DNA from: a bacterium
Lineage (GTDB): Bacteria > Bacillota_I > Bacilli_A > RFN20 > CAG-826
Assembly (NCBI GenBank): GCA_963633165.1
Contig: CAVGXP010000038.1
Coordinates: 56,290-120,289, forward strand
Reading direction: 5' to 3'
DNA: 64,000 bases
Shown: in pieces, positions 8,946-17,510 of the stretch
How positions within the stretch are numbered: position 1 is the first letter of the stretch
Layout of the letters: each line of letters opens with the position of its first letter
Made by a program: the position numbers and the translations under genes
Notes under the pieces: generated by a model
The model's input: only the letters and a program-made list of their open reading frames with translations
Database searches by the model: none
What the model was told of the DNA's origin: nothing

Positions 8946-10019
8946 TCATAACTTATCTATTTCCTTTATCATTTCTTCAACGATATTCTCGTCTTTGACT
9001 TGGCGCAAAATTTCGCCTTTTTTGAAAATGACCCAAACCCCGTTTCCTCCGGCGGCGCCTAAATCGGCGTGCCTAGCTTCCCCAGGGCCATTGACGATGC
9101 AGCCCATGATGGCCACGGTTTTGACGATTCGCTTTTGCTCCATATAGGACTGTATCTTTTTCGCGACGGGGATGAGGTTCACCTCCGTCCTGCCGCAGGT
9201 TGGGCAAGAGATGAAGGTAGGGTAGGAAGGGTATAACCCCAAATCGTGGAGAAGCCTATGGCAGGCCTTGACCTCTTCCTCGGGGTCATCGGAAAGAGAA
9301 ATGCGGATGGTGTCTCCGATCCCTTGCAGCAAAAGAGGGGATAAAGTGGCGGAGGAGCGGATCAGCCCGACGTCTTTAGGCCCGGCTTCAGTGACGCCTA
9401 GATGGAGGGGGTAGGGGAAAAGAGAAGAGGCTTCCTCATAAGCTTTTATGGTCTCAAGGGGCGAGGAACCTTTCAAGGATATGACGATGTCGTGGAAGTC
9501 GAGGTCTTCGAGAATCTGGATGTGCTTCTTCGCCGAAGCAACCAGATGAGAAGATGCGATGACGTCTTTTCCTTTGTAGATCTCGCTGTCCAAAGAACCG
9601 GAATTGACCCCGATGCGGATGGGGGCGTGATGGGCTTTGCAGGCGTCGACAACCTGCTTTATTTTTGAAATATCCCCGATGTTGCCGGGGTTTATCCTAA
9701 CTGCGTCGACGCCTCCTTCTAAAGCGAGCAAGGCGTATTTGTAATTGAAGTGGATGTCGGCGACCAAAGGGATGGAGACCCTCTCTTTGATTGCGGCGAA
9801 GCTTCTTGCATCTTCTTCATCCAAGCAAGAAAGCCGCATGATCTGGCATCCTAAGGCGGCACAACGGTTGATTTGCGCGGACACTTCCTCGACCTTGCTG
9901 GTCTTGATCGAAGCCATCGATTGGATGATGACTTTATCTTGTCCTCCGACTTGGATGGAGCCGACCTTGACGGGTCGGGTAGAATTTCTTTGAAGCATCA
10001 TGAAAACTATTCTAAGCAA
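8946..10019 (-). CDS. ispG: 4-hydroxy-3-methylbut-2-en-1-yl diphosphate synthase IspG (GcpE)
   Basis: TRPVKVGSIQVGGQDKVIIQSM N-terminus and the C-terminal FISCPTCGRTEVNL [4Fe-4S] motif. Confidence 0.9.
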   Translation of the reverse strand: MLRIVFMMLQRNSTRPVKVGSIQVGGQDKVIIQSMASIKTSKVEEVSAQINRCAALGCQIMRLSCLDEEDARSFAAIKERVSIPLVADIHFNYKYALLALEGGVDAVRINPGNIGDISKIKQVVDACKAHHAPIRIGVNSGSLDSEIYKGKDVIASSHLVASAKKHIQILEDLDFHDIVISLKGSSPLETIKAYEEASSLFPYPLHLGVTEAGPKDVGLIRSSATLSPLLLQGIGDTIRISLSDDPEEEVKACHRLLHDLGLYPSYPTFISCPTCGRTEVNLIPVAKKIQSYMEQKRIVKTVAIMGCIVNGPGEARHADLGAAGGNGVWVIFKKGEILRQVKDENIVEEMIKEIDKL

Positions 10020-10085
10020 GTTGTGGAACTTTTGGAAATGCTATGATAGACTACGTTGCGCGCAAGCGAAGGAGTGTGAATCGAT

Positions 10086-10244
10086 ATGGCATCCAAACGC
10101 GATCAAGTCATCTTAAAATGCACCGTCTGCGGCAATGAGAACTACATCACGACCAGGAACAAACGCAATAAGCCTGAGAAGATGGTTATCAAGAAATATT
10201 GCCCGACCTGCCGTCAAATGACTGAGCATAAGGAGAAAAAATAA
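10086..10244 (+). CDS. rpmG: 50S ribosomal protein L33
   Basis: A 52-aa ORF absent from the track: MASKRDQVILKCTVCGNENYITTRNKRNKPEKMVIKKYCPTCRQMTEHKEKK, with the CxxC...CxxC zinc ribbon typical of L33. Confidence 0.85.
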   Translation: MASKRDQVILKCTVCGNENYITTRNKRNKPEKMVIKKYCPTCRQMTEHKEKK

Positions 10245-10268
10245 GGCTTCGCGCCTTATTTTTTTATC
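10244..10268 (+). terminator. Rho-independent terminator after rpmG
   Basis: AAGGC-ttcgc-GCCTT hairpin followed by ATTTTTTT. It abuts the ATG of the next gene at 10269. Confidence 0.6.
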
Positions 10269-10910
10269 ATGGCATCCATCGCTAAGCTTTGCTTTGACCA
10301 AAGGCTATGCAACAGCTACGTCATCGGTGAGGAGGGGTCTCCTTGCTTGATCGTCGATCCCGGCTGCAACAAGAATTCGTGCTTAACCAATTACGTCACC
10401 AAGCATCATCAAGGGAAAATCCTCGGAATCCTATTGACCCACGGCCATTTCGACCATTTCGCAGGCTTGAATAGCTTCCCTAAGGTCGATGATTTTCCCG
10501 TTTTCCTTTCTACTGAGGACGCGCCTTGCCTCGACGACCCCAAAAAGAACGCCTCTTTCTACCTTTCTTCGCCAATAACTCTAGAAAAGAACATCAGCCC
10601 TTATTTCGTGGAAGACGGGGATGAAGTGACTTTGGGTGGGCTTTCTTTTCAAGTGTTGGCCACGCCTTTTCACACCAGAGGCTCCGTCTGCTTTTATTTC
10701 CCTCAGGAAAAAACCGTCTTCACCGGGGATACTTTGTTCCATTTGGGAATTGGTAGGGATGACCTCCACTGGGCTATGCCAAAAAGCAAAGAAACAAGTC
10801 TCCGAAAGCTCTTCAAACTGCCTCCTGATACCAAGGTTGCGTCCGGGCACGGCCCCATGACGACCCTTGCTAACGAAAACAAGTATCTTGAGGCTTATTT
10901 AAACGATTAA
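10269..10910 (+). CDS. MBL-fold metallo-hydrolase (hydroxyacylglutathione hydrolase-like)
   Basis: LLTHGHFDHFAGL (HxHxDH) metallo-beta-lactamase motif; 213 aa. Confidence 0.75.
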   Translation: MASIAKLCFDQRLCNSYVIGEEGSPCLIVDPGCNKNSCLTNYVTKHHQGKILGILLTHGHFDHFAGLNSFPKVDDFPVFLSTEDAPCLDDPKKNASFYLSSPITLEKNISPYFVEDGDEVTLGGLSFQVLATPFHTRGSVCFYFPQEKTVFTGDTLFHLGIGRDDLHWAMPKSKETSLRKLFKLPPDTKVASGHGPMTTLANENKYLEAYLND

Positions 10911-10975
10911 ATCCACCCTTTAAGGGTGGGGAGGAAACTCCTATAATACCAACGACATCTTAAGGAGAGTTCATT

Positions 10976-11536
10976 ATGATCAATGTCACCGAATTGCGCC
11001 CGGGCAATTACTTCATCGACGAAGGCAAGTTGTACCAGGTGCTCGACATCCTCCTCAACAAAACCGCGATGAGGAAGATGGTCGCCAAAGTCAAAGTCAA
11101 GGATATGAGGACCGGAGCCATCACCGAATTGGCCCGCAACTCTGGATACGGCGTCGAGGACGTCCACGTCGACAAGAAGACCATGACCTATCTCTACGAT
11201 GATGGCCAGGCCTACAACTTCATGGATCCGACCACCTACGAGCAGATCCCCCTTCCTCACGACACCTTGGTCAACGAAATCAAGTACATCGCTCCCAATA
11301 GCACCGTCACCATCGTTAGCTACGAAGACGAGATCCTTGGCGTTTTGCTTCCTGCCAAAGCCATTTTGACGGTCACCAAGACCGAACCTGGCGTTAGGGG
11401 AGACACCGTTTCCAACGGCGGTTCCAAAGACGCCGAGCTCGAGACTGGAATCACCATCCGCGTCCCTTTGTTCATCAACGAAGGCGACAAGATCTCCGTT
11501 GACACGACCACCGGCAAATACGACGGGAGAGCCTAA
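10976..11536 (+). CDS. efp: Elongation factor P
   Basis: MINVTELRPGNYFIDEGKLYQVLD...KVKDMRTGAITE; 186 aa. A TATAAT box about 30 bp upstream. Confidence 0.95.
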   Translation: MINVTELRPGNYFIDEGKLYQVLDILLNKTAMRKMVAKVKVKDMRTGAITELARNSGYGVEDVHVDKKTMTYLYDDGQAYNFMDPTTYEQIPLPHDTLVNEIKYIAPNSTVTIVSYEDEILGVLLPAKAILTVTKTEPGVRGDTVSNGGSKDAELETGITIRVPLFINEGDKISVDTTTGKYDGRA

Positions 11537-11538
11537 TA

Positions 11539-11784
11539 ATGACCATCCCGGCTTATTTCGGATGGGATGGTGGCTGGTTCGGCCTTGTCATTGGCGCTTT
11601 GATTTTAGGCGCCGTGGCTGGCTTCCTCGTTGCTCGCTTCGTGATGAAGAAACAACTTAAGGACAACCCGCCCATCAACGAAAACATGATTCGCGCGATG
11701 TTCCGCTCCATGGGGCGCAAGCCTTCTGAAGCGCAGATTCGCGCCGTCATGAAATCCATGCAACAAGAAAGCAATAACCGCTGA
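11539..11784 (+). CDS. yneF: UPF0154 / YneF family small membrane protein
   Basis: One N-terminal TM helix followed by NENMIRAMFRSMGRKPSEAQIRAVMKSMQQ; 81 aa. Confidence 0.7.
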   Translation: MTIPAYFGWDGGWFGLVIGALILGAVAGFLVARFVMKKQLKDNPPINENMIRAMFRSMGRKPSEAQIRAVMKSMQQESNNR

Positions 11785-11800
11785 CAACAGCGGTTTTTTA
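11777..11800 (+). terminator. Rho-independent terminator after yneF
   Basis: ACCGCTG-acaa-CAGCGGT plus TTTTTT, overlapping the TGA stop. Confidence 0.65.
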
Positions 11801-11822
11801 GCTTATCCAGAAAGGAAACAAC

Positions 11823-12716
11823 ATGAAAACCAATTTCGATATCTTCATCGATTCCACCGGTGATCTCAGCCACGATCTCCGTCTCAAATACGACATCGAC
11901 TACGTTCGCTTCACCGTCTCCATCGACGGCGGGGATTCCATCATCGCTTCCCTTGATTATGACCAAGGCCCAAGCCACCATGATTTCTATCAAGCCATGC
12001 GCGATGGCAAGCGCATCTACACCTCCCAAGTTACCGAGCAGGAATGCGCTGAGCGTTTTGCTCCTTCTCTTAAGGCGGGGAAAGACGTTCTCTACATCGC
12101 TTGCTCCAGTGGGTTGTCGGCTTCCGTTGGCGTCGCCCAAAAAGTCGCCCAGAAGCTCATGGAAGAATACCCTGGCCGCAAAGTCATCGCCTTTGATTCC
12201 TTGATCTCCGGCTATGCCCAAGGCACCATGGCCATCAAAGCCAGCGAAATGAGAGAAGAAGGGAAAACCCTCGATGAGGTCGTTGCTTTTTTGACCGAAA
12301 AGCGTCAGTGCTTCAATCAGTTTGCCTCCGTCAAGGACCTCACGTCCTTGAAGAAAGCCGGACGCGTCACCGCCTCCAGCGCTTTCTTTGGGAACATCTT
12401 CTCCGTCAAGCCGATCCTTATCAGCGACATCAAAGGTCACAATTTGGCCATTGAGAAAGTCAAGGGCCGCAAAGCCTCCCTCATCCGCATCGCCGACATG
12501 GCCGTCGAAGCTTGCCTTGACCCCAACGAGACCTTCTTCATCGCTAACGCCGACTGCGAAGAGGAAGCCGAGATCTCCAAAGAGGAAATTCTCCGCCGCT
12601 TGCCTAACGCCAAGATCATCACCGGCAACATCGGCCCCATCGTCGGCGCTTCCACCGGGCCTGGCACCGTCGCCGTCTACGTCTACGGGAAAGAAGTCAC
12701 CGCCTGCGGCGAGTAA
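11823..12716 (+). CDS. fakB: DegV-family fatty-acid-binding protein (fatty acid kinase subunit FakB)
   Basis: DegV N-terminus (IFIDSTGDLSHDL) and about 297 aa. It sits immediately upstream of the Dak2-domain FakA gene. Confidence 0.8.
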   Translation: MKTNFDIFIDSTGDLSHDLRLKYDIDYVRFTVSIDGGDSIIASLDYDQGPSHHDFYQAMRDGKRIYTSQVTEQECAERFAPSLKAGKDVLYIACSSGLSASVGVAQKVAQKLMEEYPGRKVIAFDSLISGYAQGTMAIKASEMREEGKTLDEVVAFLTEKRQCFNQFASVKDLTSLKKAGRVTASSAFFGNIFSVKPILISDIKGHNLAIEKVKGRKASLIRIADMAVEACLDPNETFFIANADCEEEAEISKEEILRRLPNAKIITGNIGPIVGASTGPGTVAVYVYGKEVTACGE

Positions 12717-12719
12717 GCT

Positions 12720-14384
12720 TTGGCCTTAGATATGGACAAAATTACCGCCGAGAGCTTTCAAAGCATGGTCGAAAACGGCCTGCGCAACCTGAAAGCACAT
12801 TATCAAGAGATCAATGACCTCAACGTCTTCCCTGTCCCTGATGGGGACACCGGAACCAACATGACCGCCACTTTAAAAGGCGGGGTTGAGGCCATGAACA
12901 AAAAAGAAAGCGAAGAGCTTTCCGAAAAAGCCGGAGCCTTGGCCTCGGGGATGCTTCTTTCCGCTAGAGGGAATTCCGGCGTCATCCTTTCGCAGTTCTT
13001 CGCCGGTATCGCCGAAGCCTTCCAAGGCCTTCATGAAGCTGACCTCAGCCAATTCGCCAATGCCTTATCCCAAGGCACGGCGAAAGCCTATAAAGCTGTC
13101 GTCAATCCCGTCGAAGGAACGATTCTGACGGTTGCCAAAGACGGCAGCCACGCGGTCGCCGAGGCCATCGGCACGATGAAATCCCTAGAAAGCGTCTTTG
13201 GATTGCTTTCTCGTTCCATGTCGGATTCGCTTAAAAATACGCCGAACCTGCTTCCTGTGCTCAAAGAAGCCGGCGTCATCGATTCCGGTGGAGCGGGTTT
13301 GCTTTCTGTTATGGAAGGCATGAGGAAAGACGTTTTGGGGGAGGAAATCGAAGACTCTTCGTTCAATGGGCCCTCAAATGCCGCCTCCTCAGTCGATCTA
13401 TCCGCCTTCAACGAAGACAGCGTTTTGACGTACGGTTATTGCACGGAGTTCATCCTTCAGCTGCAAAATTGCAAAAACGGCCCAGAGAACTTCGTTCTCG
13501 AGGATATGATCGATACCTTCAAAGGCTATGGCGATTCGATCGTGGCCTTAAGGGACGGCAACATCGTCAAAGTCCACGTGCACACCAAAACCCCGGCCTT
13601 GCCGATAGAATACGCCCAAAGATACGGCGAATTCTTGACCTTCAAGATGGAGAACATGAATCTTCAGCACAACGAGATTCTTCTTAAGGGGCTCCCTGCT
13701 GAGGAAGAGGGTGAGGAAAAGGAATACGGCATCGTCGCCGTGTCTCCTAGCCCTGAGATCTCCGCGCTATTTAAGGAGATGAAAGTCGATCAAATCGTCT
13801 CCGGCGGCCAAAGCATGAATCCCAGCGCGGATGATTTCGTGAAGGCTTTCAAATTGACCCACGCCAAAAAGATAATCGTATTCCCCAACAATGGGAACAT
13901 CATCCTTACGGCCAAGCAAGCCGCGGGGCTTTATGAAGGGAGCGAGATCCATGTCGTCTCTTCCAAATCCATCGTTGAGGCCTATTCGGCCCTTCAGCTC
14001 GTGGATTTTGAATCCTATAGTCTTGAAGAGAACCTGGAGAACATCCAATCCGCCATCTCCTCCGTCGTCTCCGGCGCGGTTTCCGTCGCCGTTAGGGATT
14101 CACTCAATAACGGGATCAACGTCACCAAAGGGGATGCCATTGGCATTCTTTCCGGAGCCTTAGTCGCCGATGAGAGCGATAGCGTCGATTGCCTTTTCAA
14201 GACCATCGCCCAGGTCGAAGACATCGATGACAGATCGGTCATCACCATCTTCTTTGGCAAAGCGACCAACGAAGCGACGAAAGAAGCGGTGGGGGCCCGC
14301 ATAGAGGAGAATTATCCCTTGATGGACTACCAATCCTTCGATGGGGGACAAGACGTTTACCCCTTCATCTTCGCGATAGAATAA
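12720..14384 (+). CDS. fakA: DAK2-domain protein YloV (fatty acid kinase subunit FakA)
   Basis: Dak2 N-terminus with VPDGDTGTNM and SARGNSGVILSQ motifs; 554 aa with a YloV-type C-terminal domain. Confidence 0.8.
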   Translation: MALDMDKITAESFQSMVENGLRNLKAHYQEINDLNVFPVPDGDTGTNMTATLKGGVEAMNKKESEELSEKAGALASGMLLSARGNSGVILSQFFAGIAEAFQGLHEADLSQFANALSQGTAKAYKAVVNPVEGTILTVAKDGSHAVAEAIGTMKSLESVFGLLSRSMSDSLKNTPNLLPVLKEAGVIDSGGAGLLSVMEGMRKDVLGEEIEDSSFNGPSNAASSVDLSAFNEDSVLTYGYCTEFILQLQNCKNGPENFVLEDMIDTFKGYGDSIVALRDGNIVKVHVHTKTPALPIEYAQRYGEFLTFKMENMNLQHNEILLKGLPAEEEGEEKEYGIVAVSPSPEISALFKEMKVDQIVSGGQSMNPSADDFVKAFKLTHAKKIIVFPNNGNIILTAKQAAGLYEGSEIHVVSSKSIVEAYSALQLVDFESYSLEENLENIQSAISSVVSGAVSVAVRDSLNNGINVTKGDAIGILSGALVADESDSVDCLFKTIAQVEDIDDRSVITIFFGKATNEATKEAVGARIEENYPLMDYQSFDGGQDVYPFIFAIE

Positions 14385-14404
14385 GCTTGAACATAAACTC
14401 ATGG

Positions 14405-14443
14405 AAGCGGCTTTCACATTTGCTGAGGCCGCTTTTCTTTTAA
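14405..14443 (+). terminator. Rho-independent terminator after fakA
   Basis: AAGCGGC-loop-GCCGCTT hairpin followed by a TTCTTTT run. Confidence 0.6.
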
Positions 14444-14603
14444 GGCAACACAATATGAAAAAAGGAGTGGAAGAAGGGGTGAATAGAATTGTTTCTTGGC
14501 TGAAATTCCGACAATTTTATTTTTTAATGAATAAAATAGGCATTCTTTAAATTCATCAATAAAAACGTATATTTTTTGTCAATATAAAACGCCGATACAA
14601 TCG

Positions 14604-14643
14604 AAAAAAACCATTCTTCTTGATAATTGAAGAATGGTTTTCC
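14604..14643 (-). terminator. Bidirectional-looking terminator downstream of plsY
   Basis: AAAAAAA-CCATTCTTC-ttgataatt-GAAGAATGG-TTTTCC. On the minus strand the hairpin is followed by a T7 run, about 30 bp after the plsY stop. Confidence 0.6.
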
Positions 14644-14672
14644 ACAATAGGTTTTATTTAGCTAAATATCTA

Positions 14673-15428
14673 CTAAATATTTCCTAATTTATCAGTTGTC
14701 TTCGCTTCGGTTCCGGCTTTGATTCTTTTGATGTTTTCCTTATGCCTGAAGATAAGAATCGGGGCAATCAAGGTGTCCACCAAGGCGAATTCCCACCCTA
14801 GGTGAAGCATGGGGTAAAAGCCGAATGTCCAACTGAAGACCGCATCCCAGGAACAGGCGTTAGGGAAGACCGTGACGATGATCACAACGATCCACGCGGT
14901 TAAGGTTCCGGCGATCGAAGTGGAGATGGAGGCCAAGGAAACCATCTTCTTTTTGCCAGCGACGAAGAGGTATGTGAAGCCAGCGAAGCAGAACTCAACC
15001 CAACTGGTCATGATATTGGTCCCCATATAGCACGAGACGGCTTTTCCGCCTTTGAAATGAATGTAGATAGGCCAGCAGTGACCGATGGCGGCGGCTAGTC
15101 CTGCGAACCAATAATACAAAGGAGCGGCGTTATAGCCGTTTTCCCAAATCATGTATTGGTTTAGTCTACTAAAGGTCAACGTTGCCCAAATAGCGTAGAT
15201 GGGCAAAGCGGTTTTGATCATATCGAGGATGATGACCAAGACGCCTATCTTCTTTCCGAAAACGCGGCCAGAGTTGGTGCCGCCGGAGTTGTGGGAGTAG
15301 TAGTCCCTGGGGTCGCGGTGGAAGAAGATTCTTCCAATCAGGACACCGCTAGGAATCGAGCCAAAAAGGTAGCCGACTAAAAGGCTAGACAGGGCGACGC
15401 AAAGGTTTATCCAAACAATTTTTTCCAT
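14673..15428 (-). CDS. plsY: Glycerol-3-phosphate acyltransferase PlsY (acyl-phosphate dependent)
   Basis: Multi-TM protein of 251 aa with the N-terminal GSIPSG..HNSGGTNSGRVFG motif characteristic of PlsY. It is adjacent to parEC, as yneS is in B. subtilis. Confidence 0.85.
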   Translation of the reverse strand: MEKIVWINLCVALSSLLVGYLFGSIPSGVLIGRIFFHRDPRDYYSHNSGGTNSGRVFGKKIGVLVIILDMIKTALPIYAIWATLTFSRLNQYMIWENGYNAAPLYYWFAGLAAAIGHCWPIYIHFKGGKAVSCYMGTNIMTSWVEFCFAGFTYLFVAGKKKMVSLASISTSIAGTLTAWIVVIIVTVFPNACSWDAVFSWTFGFYPMLHLGWEFALVDTLIAPILIFRHKENIKRIKAGTEAKTTDKLGNI

Positions 15429-15545
15429 ATTTCTCCTTAAAGCGGGCTAATTATATAGGAAAAATGGCCCGTGGTTTTCTCTTTTTCGAAGGGTATAATG
15501 TACAAGGTCACAAAAACCGCGTTTTTTTACGCAATCCAAAAGAAC

Positions 15546-17510
15546 ATGGCAGATATCGAAAAAGCAGAGGAACTCTATACCGCTAAGAACATTGAGGTTC
15601 TTTCAGAGCTCGAAGGCGTCAGGAAGCGCCCGGGCATGTACATCGGGGCGACGAACGCCTCCGGTTTGCATCATCTGATTTGGGAGATCGTCGATAACGG
15701 CGTGGATGAGGCCGCCAATGGCTATGGCGACCATATTTACGTTACCCTCAACAAAGATGGCTCGGTATCTGTCGAAGACGAAGGCCGTGGTGTTCCCGTG
15801 GATATGCATAAAGGCACTGGGAAGCCGGCGATTGAAATCATCTATACGAAGCTTCACGCGGGCGGAAAATTCTCCGATAAAGCCTATCAAACTGCGGCGG
15901 GGCTTCATGGCGTCGGCGCCACCGTCACCAATGCGCTTTCCGAATACCTCGACGTCACCGTTTTCCGCCAAGGGACCATTTATCACATCCGTTGGCAAAA
16001 TGGCGGCAAGCTCGCGGTTCCTTTGGAAAAGATCGGAACGACGAGGAAGCACGGCACTTTGGTCCGCTTTAAGCCCGACAAATCCATTTTCTCGACCACC
16101 GAATTCAAATGGGACACCGTTTACAACCACCTTCGCGAAGAGGCCTTCCTTTTAAGAAGGATCCATTTCGTGTTGAAGGACGAAAGAAGCGGCCAGTCGA
16201 TAGAATTCTTCTATAAAGATGGTTTGAAGGAATACGTCGCCTCCCTTAATGAGCATAAAACCCCTCTTGGCGGCATCCTCGATTTCTCCGATTCAAAATC
16301 AATCAAGGAGACCAACAGCCCCATCCGCATGGAAGTGGCTATGCAGTGGTGCTTGATGGATTACAACGATAACCTCATCTCCTACGCCAACAACGTCCGC
16401 ACCCACGACGGCGGTTCTCACGAAACCGGATTGAAGGCCGGTCTTACGAAAGCGGTGAATGAATGGGCCATTAAAAACGGCGTCATCAAAGAAAGCCAAA
16501 AGCTTGATGGCAACGACATTCGCGAGGGGTTGACCGCGGTTATTTCGGTGCAGATTCCAGAGAACATCCTCCAATACGAATCCCAGACCAAAACCAAGCT
16601 CGACACCGCCGAATTAACGCCGCTGGTGAATGATTTCATCTACACCAACCTTATGTATTACCTTTCCGAGCACAAGGATTTCGCCATCGATTTGGTTAAG
16701 AAGTGCTCCGCTTCCAGAATGGCTAGGGAAGCCGCAAGGAAAGCCAGGGAAGCTGCAAGGAGTGGCAAAGCCAAAAAGGTCGATGCCGTCATCTCCGATA
16801 AACTCGCCGCGGCGCAAAGCAAAGATTACGCCAACAACGAGCTTTTCATCGTTGAGGGCGATTCCGCAGGCGGTTCTGCCAAAGCCGGAAGGGATAGGAT
16901 GTATCAAGCAATCCTCCCTTTGCGCGGCAAACCTTTGAACACCGACTCCATCACCATGGAGAGGATGAAGCAAAACGTCGAATTCAGCACCATCATCCAA
17001 ACCATCGGCGCGGGAGTGGGGGCGGATTTCGACCCGGCCGAGTCCCATTATGGCAAGATCATCATCATGACCGACGCCGATACCGACGGCGCCCATATTC
17101 AGATTCTCCTTCTGACTTTCTTCTACAATTATATGAAGCCTCTCATCACCAACGGCATGGTCTACATCGCCTGCCCGCCGCTTTATGGGGTCTACAAAAA
17201 GATGGACAAGAGCCACATCGTCTATGCTTGGGACGACAAAACGCTTGAAGAGGCCAAAGAGAAAATCGGCCCCGGTTATTCGATTTCCCGTTACAAAGGT
17301 CTTGGCGAAATGAACGCGGACCAGCTTTTCAACACGACCATGAACAAAAAGACGCGCCGTCTTCTCCGCGTCCGCATCGACGATCCCCTCGTCGTTGAGA
17401 ACCGCATCTCCGTCCTTATGGGCAGCGATGCCAGCAAGAGAAGGGAATGGATTGAGCAAAACATCCAATTCAACGAAGAAGACAGCTTCCTTAAGGAGGT
17501 CAAGAAATGA
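15546..17510 (+). CDS. parE: DNA topoisomerase IV subunit B (ParE)
   Basis: GHKL ATPase (GLHHLIWEIVDNGVDEA) and TOPRIM (LFIVEGDSAGGSAK) motifs, paired with a downstream GyrA/ParC-like gene. Called ParE from the plsY-parE-parC synteny. Start taken at MADIEKAEEL. Confidence 0.8.
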   Translation: MADIEKAEELYTAKNIEVLSELEGVRKRPGMYIGATNASGLHHLIWEIVDNGVDEAANGYGDHIYVTLNKDGSVSVEDEGRGVPVDMHKGTGKPAIEIIYTKLHAGGKFSDKAYQTAAGLHGVGATVTNALSEYLDVTVFRQGTIYHIRWQNGGKLAVPLEKIGTTRKHGTLVRFKPDKSIFSTTEFKWDTVYNHLREEAFLLRRIHFVLKDERSGQSIEFFYKDGLKEYVASLNEHKTPLGGILDFSDSKSIKETNSPIRMEVAMQWCLMDYNDNLISYANNVRTHDGGSHETGLKAGLTKAVNEWAIKNGVIKESQKLDGNDIREGLTAVISVQIPENILQYESQTKTKLDTAELTPLVNDFIYTNLMYYLSEHKDFAIDLVKKCSASRMAREAARKAREAARSGKAKKVDAVISDKLAAAQSKDYANNELFIVEGDSAGGSAKAGRDRMYQAILPLRGKPLNTDSITMERMKQNVEFSTIIQTIGAGVGADFDPAESHYGKIIIMTDADTDGAHIQILLLTFFYNYMKPLITNGMVYIACPPLYGVYKKMDKSHIVYAWDDKTLEEAKEKIGPGYSISRYKGLGEMNADQLFNTTMNKKTRRLLRVRIDDPLVVENRISVLMGSDASKRREWIEQNIQFNEEDSFLKEVKK

